Shown: positions 39,023 through 47,458 of the stretch, piece after piece
How positions within the stretch are numbered: the first letter of the stretch is position 1
Layout of the letters: each line of letters opens with the position of its first letter
Origin: an uncultured Bacteroidales bacterium
GTDB taxonomy: Bacteria > Bacteroidota > Bacteroidia > Bacteroidales > UBA10428
Direction of reading: 5' to 3'
Length of the DNA: 64,000 nucleotides
NCBI GenBank assembly: GCA_964646255.1
Contig: CAZYDI010000008.1
Coordinates: forward strand, 2,184 to 66,183
Made by a program: the position numbers and the translations under genes
Notes under the pieces: model-generated
The model's input: the letters and a program-made list of their open reading frames with translations, nothing else
What the model was told of the DNA's origin: nothing
Database searches by the model: none

Positions 39023-41203
39023 TTAATCTTTTACCAATAATTGCTGAATAATCCCGAACACTTTATCAAAGTTTGCCCTTGTTTCGTCGTCAAAGTCTTT
39101 GTACTGAAGATTATCCGCTTGCATTTTCTGATGAAAATCGCTTACCAGGATCATCCGTGATAAACTGTTTACATCGATGAACTCTGAATTCTTTACCGTA
39201 ATTCCTACCCGTTGTTTGAGGATGAAACGTTTGAAATCGATGGTTGAAAAGAGGTCCTCGACCGAAGCATATCCTTCAAGTACCTTAAAGCGTTTGCCAT
39301 TTCCGTCTCTTTGCGAATAAAGGGCAGTACTGTTGATAAATGTTATCAATTGTGCATTAGCCGGATTATCCATCAGGAGAACCGTAAAATCTATTTTCCA
39401 TCCCAGCATTATATTAGCGAGCAAAGGTACCTGTTCGGAACCCGAAGCAGGTATAAAATGCACAGGGTCTTTAAACCCGTATAAATGAGCCATTGCATCG
39501 AGGTAATGGAAAGTAATGGAATCTTCAACAATGAGGTTATTCTTTGGAAAAATAAACTGCCGGTCATTTAACCGTGTTCCCATAAGGGAATATATGGGTG
39601 AAAGGGTGTCAGCTGAAGCCTCATTCAGGCTCCGGGCATCCATTATTAACGTTTCGCTCTTCTCATCGGTTTCCTTTGCCCGTTGCACTGCGATAATCCT
39701 GTACAATTTTTTAAGATCGATCAGGTTAGGAGAATGGGTGCAATAAATAATCTGCATGCTCTCCCTTAAATCCTCAAAAACCTTAAGTACATCTTCCTGG
39801 GCCCTGGCGTGCAAACTTAATCCGGGTTCATCAATGAGCATAACCCTGTTGGCCCTTTTCTCTTTTGCTGTGGCTTTTAATTCAAGGTAAAATGAAAGAA
39901 ACCATCGAACACCACGGCTCCTTTGTTTAGGATAAAGGCGCTCCTGTTTATCCTTCACCCAAAACTCGAGGTAAGGTTTTCCGCTCTTTTCGGGGTGCGA
40001 ATAATCATAATGCTCAAGTTCAAAATTTATACGGATCTTGTCATTTTTACCAACGGTTTGTCTCCAGTAATCCTGGAAATCGATGGTAATTTCAGTATTC
40101 AGGTTCTCAATTTTTTGTTTAAGAATCCTGTGATTATCTTCCCTGAAGAAATCACCACTAAGTCCGGCCACCCGAAGGAAATTGCGGGCGGCTTTATACC
40201 CTTCGGCATGATTGTTTTCATTAAACAAATCGTCAAGGTCGATTTTATTGGGTAAGAGGCTGCTAAAATCCTCGAAAAACTCAAATATCGGGATATGCTG
40301 GAATACGGCATTACCAATATCTTCGGGTGATGCATAACCTCTTTCAATTGTATATTCCTGCACAGCCTCTTTCTCAGCATCCGTCATTTTTAAACCATCC
40401 AGCACTTTGCAGGCTGTTTTTCTGCTTATCAGCACCCGCTCGGAAATATGAACCAGTTCGGTGCTGATCTGTGCATTGATGCTGTTCAGCTTTTCAAGGT
40501 TTTTGGTTATTTTGCGGGCTAAGCGGTTATTCTTGCATACTTTTAACTGGTATTGGGCTTCCTTGATCTGTGAAATATTCACACCCAGTTCTTCCTTCAG
40601 TGTATTTTCCTGTGTCAGGAATGTCCGGAACTGTCTGCAAGCTTCCAGCTTTTCAGCAACCGACTGCAATTCTGCCTTTTTTTCGGCCAACAGGTTATCC
40701 GTTGAAACTGACATTTCCGGATCATTGATTTCCCTGGTTAACTTTTCGGCCTGCAATTCAAGTTGCGGAAAAATACTTTGAATTTTGTCGGTGTTTTCCG
40801 CTACGATATTGTTGAGCCGGATGAAAAAGTCAACCACCTGTTCTTCAGCCAGGGCAACAGAGCTATTCAAAGTGCTCTCCCACTTGCGTGAGACCGACAA
40901 CTCACTCATCGACCGAAATACCGGCTTCAATTCTTCAGGGATGGCGGTCAAATCCACATAATCAGCGAGGACTTTTCCATCATCCAGTTTGAAAGTGCAA
41001 ATAATTTCAGGAAAAGTAAGGTCGCTTCTCAGCACGTCATCGGTGATATTTCCTTCGTAGAAACTTCGTAATGCCTCAAGTACCGAGGTTTTACCCGATT
41101 CATTCTGTCCGATTAATGCAGTAATATAGTCGGGAGATAGAAAGCATTTCCGCGAATCAATGATAGAACGGTAGTTTTTAATCTGAAAAGCGATGATTTT
41201 CAT
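39023..41203 (-). CDS. ABC/SMC-like ATPase with a coiled-coil insertion and a C-terminal Toprim-like region (OLD-family-nuclease-like architecture)
   Basis: Walker A GQNESGKTS (res 32-40); a charged, heptad-like helical insertion at about res 120-290; signature-like QRSRGVRWFLSF (427-438); Walker B VMLIDEPG (454-461); CTHSP (488-492). The C-terminal region has LIVEDSITF, IPASGSEQ, VLLMDNP and VLEGYASVEDL, reminiscent of OLD Toprim motifs. Confidence 0.7.
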   Translation of the reverse strand: MKIIAFQIKNYRSIIDSRKCFLSPDYITALIGQNESGKTSVLEALRSFYEGNITDDVLRSDLTFPEIICTFKLDDGKVLADYVDLTAIPEELKPVFRSMSELSVSRKWESTLNSSVALAEEQVVDFFIRLNNIVAENTDKIQSIFPQLELQAEKLTREINDPEMSVSTDNLLAEKKAELQSVAEKLEACRQFRTFLTQENTLKEELGVNISQIKEAQYQLKVCKNNRLARKITKNLEKLNSINAQISTELVHISERVLISRKTACKVLDGLKMTDAEKEAVQEYTIERGYASPEDIGNAVFQHIPIFEFFEDFSSLLPNKIDLDDLFNENNHAEGYKAARNFLRVAGLSGDFFREDNHRILKQKIENLNTEITIDFQDYWRQTVGKNDKIRINFELEHYDYSHPEKSGKPYLEFWVKDKQERLYPKQRSRGVRWFLSFYLELKATAKEKRANRVMLIDEPGLSLHARAQEDVLKVFEDLRESMQIIYCTHSPNLIDLKKLYRIIAVQRAKETDEKSETLIMDARSLNEASADTLSPIYSLMGTRLNDRQFIFPKNNLIVEDSITFHYLDAMAHLYGFKDPVHFIPASGSEQVPLLANIMLGWKIDFTVLLMDNPANAQLITFINSTALYSQRDGNGKRFKVLEGYASVEDLFSTIDFKRFILKQRVGITVKNSEFIDVNSLSRMILVSDFHQKMQADNLQYKDFDDETRANFDKVFGIIQQLLVKD

Positions 41204-41224
41204 TCAATATCCTGGTTTATTTGG

Positions 41225-42049
41225 TTAGCTGGATTTAGGATAGCGAAAACCAAATATTAATACGTCATCTAATTGTTCCAGGTTGCCTTTCCAATTGTTA
41301 AAAGTTTGTTCGATAGTCTTTTTCTGTTCTTTCATGGGTAAAGAACTTATCTGAGTCAGCATTTCCCGGAAGGGTTTATACTTAAATTTTCGGTTGGAAG
41401 CACCACCAAATTGGTCAACAAACCCATCAGTAAACAAATAAATGGTATCCTCAGGATTTAACTCATATAAATGGGTTGTGAAACATAATTCCTCTTCAGC
41501 ACCAACACCCACGGGCATCATATCACCCGCAATTTCCATCAGGTTACCATCACGTACAATGTAAACCGGATTAAAAGCGCCGGCAAAACTTAAAAGATTG
41601 GCTTTCTGGTCGACAATGCACAGCGCCAGGTCGATTCCGTCCTTACGTTCAGAATCATCGCCAGTCTGGCACAATGCATCCATAACATGTTCCCGCATCT
41701 GGTTCAGAATGGAACCTGCACTTGAAAAAGATCCGTGCGCGATAATCTCGTTTAGGAAAGTAATACCAAGAATACTCATTAAAGCGCCGGGAACTCCGTG
41801 GCCGGTACAATCACCCACACATACGATAACCTGGTTATTTTTGCGCGAAACGAAATAAAAGTCTCCACTCACCACCTCACGGGGCTGATAAAACACAAAA
41901 TTTTCGGGAAGTATTCTGTTAATCTGATTTTCAGAAGGAAATATCGCCTGCTGAATATAACTGGCTACCCTTAAGCTTTCGGAATTATAATGCTCGGCTT
42001 TCCGGTCAACCACTTGATTTTCTTTTTCTTGTCTCCTATAACTTTTCAT
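41225..42049 (-). CDS. Stand-alone SpoIIE/PP2C-family serine/threonine phosphatase
   Basis: VSGDFYF, GDCTGHGVPGALMS, KDGIDLAL, LFTDGFVDQFGG. I see no TM, sensor or receiver domain. The stop is 21 nt from the ATPase start. Confidence 0.85.
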   Translation of the reverse strand: MKSYRRQEKENQVVDRKAEHYNSESLRVASYIQQAIFPSENQINRILPENFVFYQPREVVSGDFYFVSRKNNQVIVCVGDCTGHGVPGALMSILGITFLNEIIAHGSFSSAGSILNQMREHVMDALCQTGDDSERKDGIDLALCIVDQKANLLSFAGAFNPVYIVRDGNLMEIAGDMMPVGVGAEEELCFTTHLYELNPEDTIYLFTDGFVDQFGGASNRKFKYKPFREMLTQISSLPMKEQKKTIEQTFNNWKGNLEQLDDVLIFGFRYPKSS

Positions 42050-42168
42050 CTGAAACGATTTGGATATACAATATCTTATACTGAAATATCCAATAAATGT
42101 TTAGCTTTTCTTACAAAACGAAACAAGAAACGCAATATTATATAATCTCCCCCGGATAAACAGCCGCC

Positions 42169-44160
42169 TTAAAATTGAACTCCGCGGTTCTTAACCAGAA
42201 TAACTTCTTTATCACCCGAAACCAGCAGTAAGTTATTCTTCCGGTCGATGGCCATATCAGTGAAAGCACATCCATCGGGCAGCTGTGAAGCAGAAACCAG
42301 TTCACATGTTTGCGTGTTTACCCAATACAATAATTGTCGATTTTCATACGCAATTAACGCTACAAGTTGATTCCGGCCGGCAACAATAACATCAACAACC
42401 GTTGCCTGCATTACTGGAAGAGGTATGGTTTTTTCGGTAAGGGTTTTATTTTCACCTGATGTGCGGGTAACAACCACACTGTTTTTGTTGCGGTATCCCA
42501 GATAAACGATTTCACCGTTGGGCATGATATGGGCCGATACAATGCTATCAGCAGGATTAAAGGCCGATTCCCATAAAAGATAACCACGCGGGTCAATTTT
42601 TGCCCGCCAGTGATTACCTGCCAGCAGCATATTATGGTCAGCAAACTCAGCAATGTCAATAATTTCCCCTTTTCCGGTGTATGTTCTGCCCCATTGCCTT
42701 CTACCCTGCTTGTTAAGCACTACTATAGAATATAAACGCTGAAGAGAATCATTGACAACATAGCCACCAAGGAAAATATTCCCGGACCGGGCAGGAGCCA
42801 AATCATTAACGAAAAAACGACCCATTTTTTTGCTCCATATTTTGGTTCCATCAACACCAAGTTTAAAGATCCATGTTTCACGTGAGGATGAATCCATTCC
42901 GCTCCACGTATAGCCAGCGCCAATGATTTCATTCTGAAAATTGATATCCATCAGCGAAATTTCGTCATTATAACCCTCACCAATGGTTTTATTCCAAACC
43001 ATCTTCCCTTCGGCATCAGTTTTAATAATCCACACATCAGTAAAACCGGTATCCGGCTTGAATACAGTACTTGCAAGGTAATAAGCATTCAGGGAATCGA
43101 TTCCGGCGCATGCATTCAGTTCAACCAGTGCTTCATCCTCAAAACACCTTGCCCATTCTATGTTGGCAGAAGGCAATGTATGGGTAGCAATGAATCGCAT
43201 ACCTTTTTCCCGGGCTTTAAGGTTGAATATATCAATATATTGCTGACCGTCGGGGTATTTTCGTATAAACTCGTTGTAGGCCTCGAGGGATTGAATTCTT
43301 TTGGCATACTCATAAAGCAACTGCTTTTGAATAATTTTGGCCTCGGCAATTTCAAGGGCATCCGGATAAGATGCAATAAACCGATCGAATGCCTGCACTG
43401 TGTTTTCAGTTTTTGCCTGGCCAAAAGCAACTTTATGGAGGCTTTTAATGGCCTGGTTTATATCATCAGCATCAGGGTACTGATCCATATAATCCTCATA
43501 AGCCTTAACAGTGTTAATTTTCCTTGCATTGTCAAAAGCCAGGCGGTTCCGGTACCGGATTGCCTTTTCAACCTGGGCGGCTTCCGGAAATTTTTCAATA
43601 AAGGTTACATAAGCTTCAAGCGTATTTTGCTTTTCATATTTTCGGAATTCGAGCTGGTTACGAATGTGAATAACATTGTCATAATACCTGAAATCGGGGA
43701 ATTCTTTCAAAACAGCATATACCACATCGAGATTGTTTTCTTCCCTCACATACTTGATCAGCTTGGCCTCCACTGTTTCCAGCGCATATTCAATTTTCTT
43801 TTTAACCGGCCTACTGATATGCCTCGTCTCAGTGTTATAAAAATATTCGCCAATGTACTCCAGTTCCTCTGCAGAGAACTTTTCGACAAGCGGTTTAAGC
43901 TGACAGGCATATTTCCAGGCACCAATAAGATCGAAAAAAGATGAAGAATCATCGGCCATAATAAGGGTAAGGCCAAGGAGTGCAGCTGCATTATCATTGT
44001 TCTCAGCCAGTGCCGATTTAAACTGTTCCATTGATTTTTGATAATCGCTTTTCTCGAGCGTTTTAAATCCCCTCTTGGTATTCTGTGCAAAAGCAACGGA
44101 AGCGTTAATGGCTAAAAAACCTATTAAGAGACTAAAGATTCGTATACATCGGTAACGCAT
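42169..44160 (-). CDS. Secreted repeat protein: N-terminal helical TPR-like repeats and C-terminal beta-propeller-like repeats
   Basis: Signal peptide. There are four or more copies of a ~37-aa unit (..AY..FI..YP......A......LAF..A). The C-terminal half has repeated G..(I/V)W motifs (WIIKTDAEGKMVWNK, WIFKLGVDGTKIWSK, LNKQGRRQWGR, IDPRGYLLWES). Confidence 0.55.
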   Translation of the reverse strand: MRYRCIRIFSLLIGFLAINASVAFAQNTKRGFKTLEKSDYQKSMEQFKSALAENNDNAAALLGLTLIMADDSSSFFDLIGAWKYACQLKPLVEKFSAEELEYIGEYFYNTETRHISRPVKKKIEYALETVEAKLIKYVREENNLDVVYAVLKEFPDFRYYDNVIHIRNQLEFRKYEKQNTLEAYVTFIEKFPEAAQVEKAIRYRNRLAFDNARKINTVKAYEDYMDQYPDADDINQAIKSLHKVAFGQAKTENTVQAFDRFIASYPDALEIAEAKIIQKQLLYEYAKRIQSLEAYNEFIRKYPDGQQYIDIFNLKAREKGMRFIATHTLPSANIEWARCFEDEALVELNACAGIDSLNAYYLASTVFKPDTGFTDVWIIKTDAEGKMVWNKTIGEGYNDEISLMDINFQNEIIGAGYTWSGMDSSSRETWIFKLGVDGTKIWSKKMGRFFVNDLAPARSGNIFLGGYVVNDSLQRLYSIVVLNKQGRRQWGRTYTGKGEIIDIAEFADHNMLLAGNHWRAKIDPRGYLLWESAFNPADSIVSAHIMPNGEIVYLGYRNKNSVVVTRTSGENKTLTEKTIPLPVMQATVVDVIVAGRNQLVALIAYENRQLLYWVNTQTCELVSASQLPDGCAFTDMAIDRKNNLLLVSGDKEVILVKNRGVQF

Positions 44161-44164
44161 AACA

Positions 44165-45565
44165 TTATTTTTTTATCAGTAAAAATTCCACCCTGCGGTT
44201 TCGCGCCCGGCCTTCTTCAGAAGCATTGGTTTCTACCGGCCTGGATTCTCCATAACCAACCGAACGGAGCCTGTCACGATTAATGCCTTGCGATGCCAGG
44301 TAATTAATAACTTCAGCCGCCCTGCCTTCTGATAATTTTTGATTATACGCATCACTTCCTTCATTATCGGTATGCCCCGAAATTTCGATAAGGTCAATAT
44401 CTTCTTCGAGCATAAACTGAACAACCTTGTTGAGCTCAGCATATGAGGCAGGTAAAAGCACTGTTTTATTAAACTCAAAGAAAATGTTCTCGAGAACCAC
44501 CGCTGCTCCTTCATCAATGGCTTTTAGCCCTTCGAGAAAATCATCCTTTTCAATAACCGGTTCAACAAACACAACCGTATCCGATGACCTGCAATTAAAT
44601 TTATCAGACGCCCTGTAAATATATGTACCGGCAGGAAGGTTTTTAAGCTCATTGCCTGTCATCCGGTTATTCCAGGCAACTGAATAAGGAGGAGAGCCAC
44701 CCAGCAGGCCAACACGGATCATTCCATCGTTTACAATCCTTTTAACCTTCCCTGTAACCGGATCAAGACCACCGGAATACCGTGCCTCTATGATACGGCT
44801 TTCAAAATCGTGTTTAACACAGGGGCAATCGAGACAATTCTCAAGCGGAGAAACCGAGAAATCATCAAAAAAATAATAGGCATACGCTTTATTTCTCAGG
44901 TTAACCACATTTTTATCCGTCACCACATAATTGGTCTGGTCATAATTCCGGAAATTGCCAACCACCATAAAACGTTCATAACCCGAAGCAGTGTAAACAG
45001 TGCAGAACTCCTCCCATTCATCGATATTATCGAGAAAAAGACCAACCTTATTGGTAATCTGTGGCGTATAGGCCAGGTTCACATTGATATCGTTTTTAAT
45101 CTCCACATCACTGAAATACACACTCATCTGGTCAACCGCGAACCGCGAATAAGATGCAAGCTTATAATAGAACCTGACACAATACTGTTGGCCCTTAATT
45201 AATGGAACAGCAAGAGTTCCCTGTATATACTCACGATAACTCTCCTCCGTACCGCTTAAAATAGCCCCGACATATCCGTCACCACCGTGCGGCTCACTAA
45301 CGCCGGCGAAATTTTTAGGAACACCAACATTCCGCGGACTGCAGCGATTAAAATAATCAGGCGTTGCCCTGGTTGGATAAGTCCATCCAGGAACCAGTTT
45401 ATGGGTTAAATTTTCAGGCGTATAATCCTGCGGGCATTTCTCAAATTTTTCAAATCCCGGGTTTTGAACCAGGTTCTTTTCCTGGGCCTTAACCTGAATC
45501 ATGCAAAACAGCAGAATAAAAGCGATGGTTGAAAAGTAAAAATGCGACATAACCTTGAGATTCAT
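44165..45565 (-). CDS. OmpA-family protein with a SprB-like repeat and a C-terminal OmpA/MotB peptidoglycan-binding domain
   Basis: The C-terminus FEFNKTVLLP...ISGHTDNEGSDAYNQKLSEGRAAEV...GYGESRPV...NRRVEF is a canonical OmpA_C. GGSPPYSVAWNNRMTG...LPAGTYIYRASD resembles a SprB repeat. A signal peptide is present. Confidence 0.8.
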   Translation of the reverse strand: MNLKVMSHFYFSTIAFILLFCMIQVKAQEKNLVQNPGFEKFEKCPQDYTPENLTHKLVPGWTYPTRATPDYFNRCSPRNVGVPKNFAGVSEPHGGDGYVGAILSGTEESYREYIQGTLAVPLIKGQQYCVRFYYKLASYSRFAVDQMSVYFSDVEIKNDINVNLAYTPQITNKVGLFLDNIDEWEEFCTVYTASGYERFMVVGNFRNYDQTNYVVTDKNVVNLRNKAYAYYFFDDFSVSPLENCLDCPCVKHDFESRIIEARYSGGLDPVTGKVKRIVNDGMIRVGLLGGSPPYSVAWNNRMTGNELKNLPAGTYIYRASDKFNCRSSDTVVFVEPVIEKDDFLEGLKAIDEGAAVVLENIFFEFNKTVLLPASYAELNKVVQFMLEEDIDLIEISGHTDNEGSDAYNQKLSEGRAAEVINYLASQGINRDRLRSVGYGESRPVETNASEEGRARNRRVEFLLIKK

Positions 45566-46608
45566 TTTTGTAATAAATAGCGGGCTACTGCTTTATTTAT
45601 CCTTCTTACAAGGAATGGTCCATCATATATAAATCCGGTATATACCTGAACGAGCGAAGCACCAGCTTTAAGCATATCAATCGCATCACTGGCTTCCATA
45701 ATTCCACCTACCCCGATGACCGGCAATGTATTATTGGTTTGTTTACATATGTAACGTACTATTTCAAGGCTTCTGTTTTTGAGGGGTTGACCGCTTAATC
45801 CCCCTGCGCCGGTATTGAATATTGTATATTCATCTGTATTAAGGCATGTCCTGTCGGTGGTGGTATTGGTAGCAATTATCCCATCCAGGCCAGATGCTTT
45901 ACATAAATTGATTGTTTCGTCAATTTGTTTGAACGTCAGGTCGGGTGAAATTTTCAGGAAGACAGGTTTATACGGTGTTTTTAGCTTGCGGGCGTCAGTA
46001 AGCCTGAGTAAAATATCCCCAAGTGCTTCCTGGCTTTGCAGCAAATGCATATCCTTAATATTAGGACAACTCACGTTCACAGTAAAATAGTCGACATTAT
46101 TGTATAAGGCATCAAAGCACCGGAGATAATCATCCACTGCTTTATCGTTACCGGTAAGGGTATTTTTCCCGATATTCCCACCTATAACCAGGTTTTTAGG
46201 TTTTCCTTTACCAAGTTGTGCTGCTGCATGTTGAACCCCCTTGTTATTAAATCCCATCCGGTTAATCAGCGCCTTGTCAGCCGGCAGGCGAAATAACCTT
46301 GGAGATGGATTTCCCGGCTGGGCAACAGGGGTAACTGTTCCGACTTCAATAAAAGAAAACCCAAACATGGAAAATTCCCTGTAGAAATCCGCATTTTTAT
46401 CAAAACCAGCCGCCAGTCCCACCCTGTTACTGAAAGTAAGTCCGGCCACCGTGGTACCAAGAACAGGATGATGATAACTGATAAGCTTTCGCATAATAGT
46501 CAATGCACCTGGGAAATACGACAAAAACTTAACCATTACAACAACCAGGCCATGCACCTTTTCAGGATCAATCAGGAATAATACAGGTCTAATCAGTCTT
46601 TTATACAT
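45562..46608 (-). CDS. pyrD: Dihydroorotate dehydrogenase (quinone), class 2
   Basis: PVGLAAGFDKNA-like NRVGLAAGFDKNA, EVGTVTP, NRMGFNN, NIGKN, VNVSCPN, KISPDL, ATNTT, GGLSG, GVGGI. Confidence 0.9.
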   Translation of the reverse strand: MYKRLIRPVLFLIDPEKVHGLVVVMVKFLSYFPGALTIMRKLISYHHPVLGTTVAGLTFSNRVGLAAGFDKNADFYREFSMFGFSFIEVGTVTPVAQPGNPSPRLFRLPADKALINRMGFNNKGVQHAAAQLGKGKPKNLVIGGNIGKNTLTGNDKAVDDYLRCFDALYNNVDYFTVNVSCPNIKDMHLLQSQEALGDILLRLTDARKLKTPYKPVFLKISPDLTFKQIDETINLCKASGLDGIIATNTTTDRTCLNTDEYTIFNTGAGGLSGQPLKNRSLEIVRYICKQTNNTLPVIGVGGIMEASDAIDMLKAGASLVQVYTGFIYDGPFLVRRINKAVARYLLQK

Positions 46609-47069
46609 TACTTTCCAATCCGTTCATTAATGTTCCTTGGTTGGTCGAAAATTTCATAACCACCATCCGAATATAGTAAAATAATGCGGGTAACGTATGA
46701 TACATTTGTAACTTGATTGGTTGTTTCCATTTGTAACGCTGATTTGGGTGCATGGTTGGAAAAATTATCTGTTTTTTCTGAGAACAGGTTGCCCTGTAAG
46801 GCAGATTTACCATACACTGGGGGGGGGTCACTTTTAACAGTACTTTCATCAATGGTTGGTGATGAAAAAGCATTGCCTCTGCCCAGTAAAAGCCAATCTG
46901 CATTGATTTCAGGATATCGCACAAGCAATTTACTCAGAAAATCATACGATGGTTGATTGCGGCCACTTAGGATATGTGAAATTCCCGAACGTTGCACGTT
47001 AATCTCATCAGCCAACCGGGTTGCTGAAAGATTGAGTGCATTCAACAGATACTGGATACGGTCCTTCAT
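46608..47069 (-). CDS. XRE-type helix-turn-helix transcriptional regulator (HTH plus uncharacterised C-terminal region)
   Basis: LSATRLADEINVQRSGISHILSGRNQPSYDFLSKLL is an HTH_3-type motif. Its stop overlaps the pyrD start by 1 nt (TAATG). It contains a C9 run on the coding strand (G9 on the + strand at 46819-46827). Confidence 0.75.
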   Translation of the reverse strand: MKDRIQYLLNALNLSATRLADEINVQRSGISHILSGRNQPSYDFLSKLLVRYPEINADWLLLGRGNAFSSPTIDESTVKSDPPPVYGKSALQGNLFSEKTDNFSNHAPKSALQMETTNQVTNVSYVTRIILLYSDGGYEIFDQPRNINERIGK

Positions 47070-47458
47070 GTTACATATGTAATTTGGATTGGTGTTTACA
47101 GTTATAACGCTTACGGTTTACAATAGTAATATTAGTTATTTTTTACCCAATCACATAGGCAAGGGACTATTTTTTCGTTAGGCTCTGGTACAAGAAATGC
47201 ATAAATTAACTTAAACTAAAACTTATTTAAATGCAATAAAATAACTGATTATTAATTAAATATACAGTTATTGTTAACATTTAATTGATTGTTTATGGTT
47301 TAAATTGGATTTTGCTTAAATAAAAACTTTACCGGTGATATTTATAATATTGGTTATCAGAGGTATAACTACATAAAAATAGACGGTTTATAAATATGAA
47401 AAATGGCAGTATATGCTCATTTCAGGTTATGAACCTATAAATGCAGAGGGTAAAAATT

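Noticed and set aside
43180-43944. 254-aa plus-strand ORF, and similar long antisense ORFs at 3443-3949, 18872-19303 and 58095-58664
   Set aside because: Each lies opposite a gene with strong family motifs (TPR/propeller protein, histidine kinase, fabG, dnaE2) and has low-complexity, motif-free sequence. I treat them as shadow ORFs.
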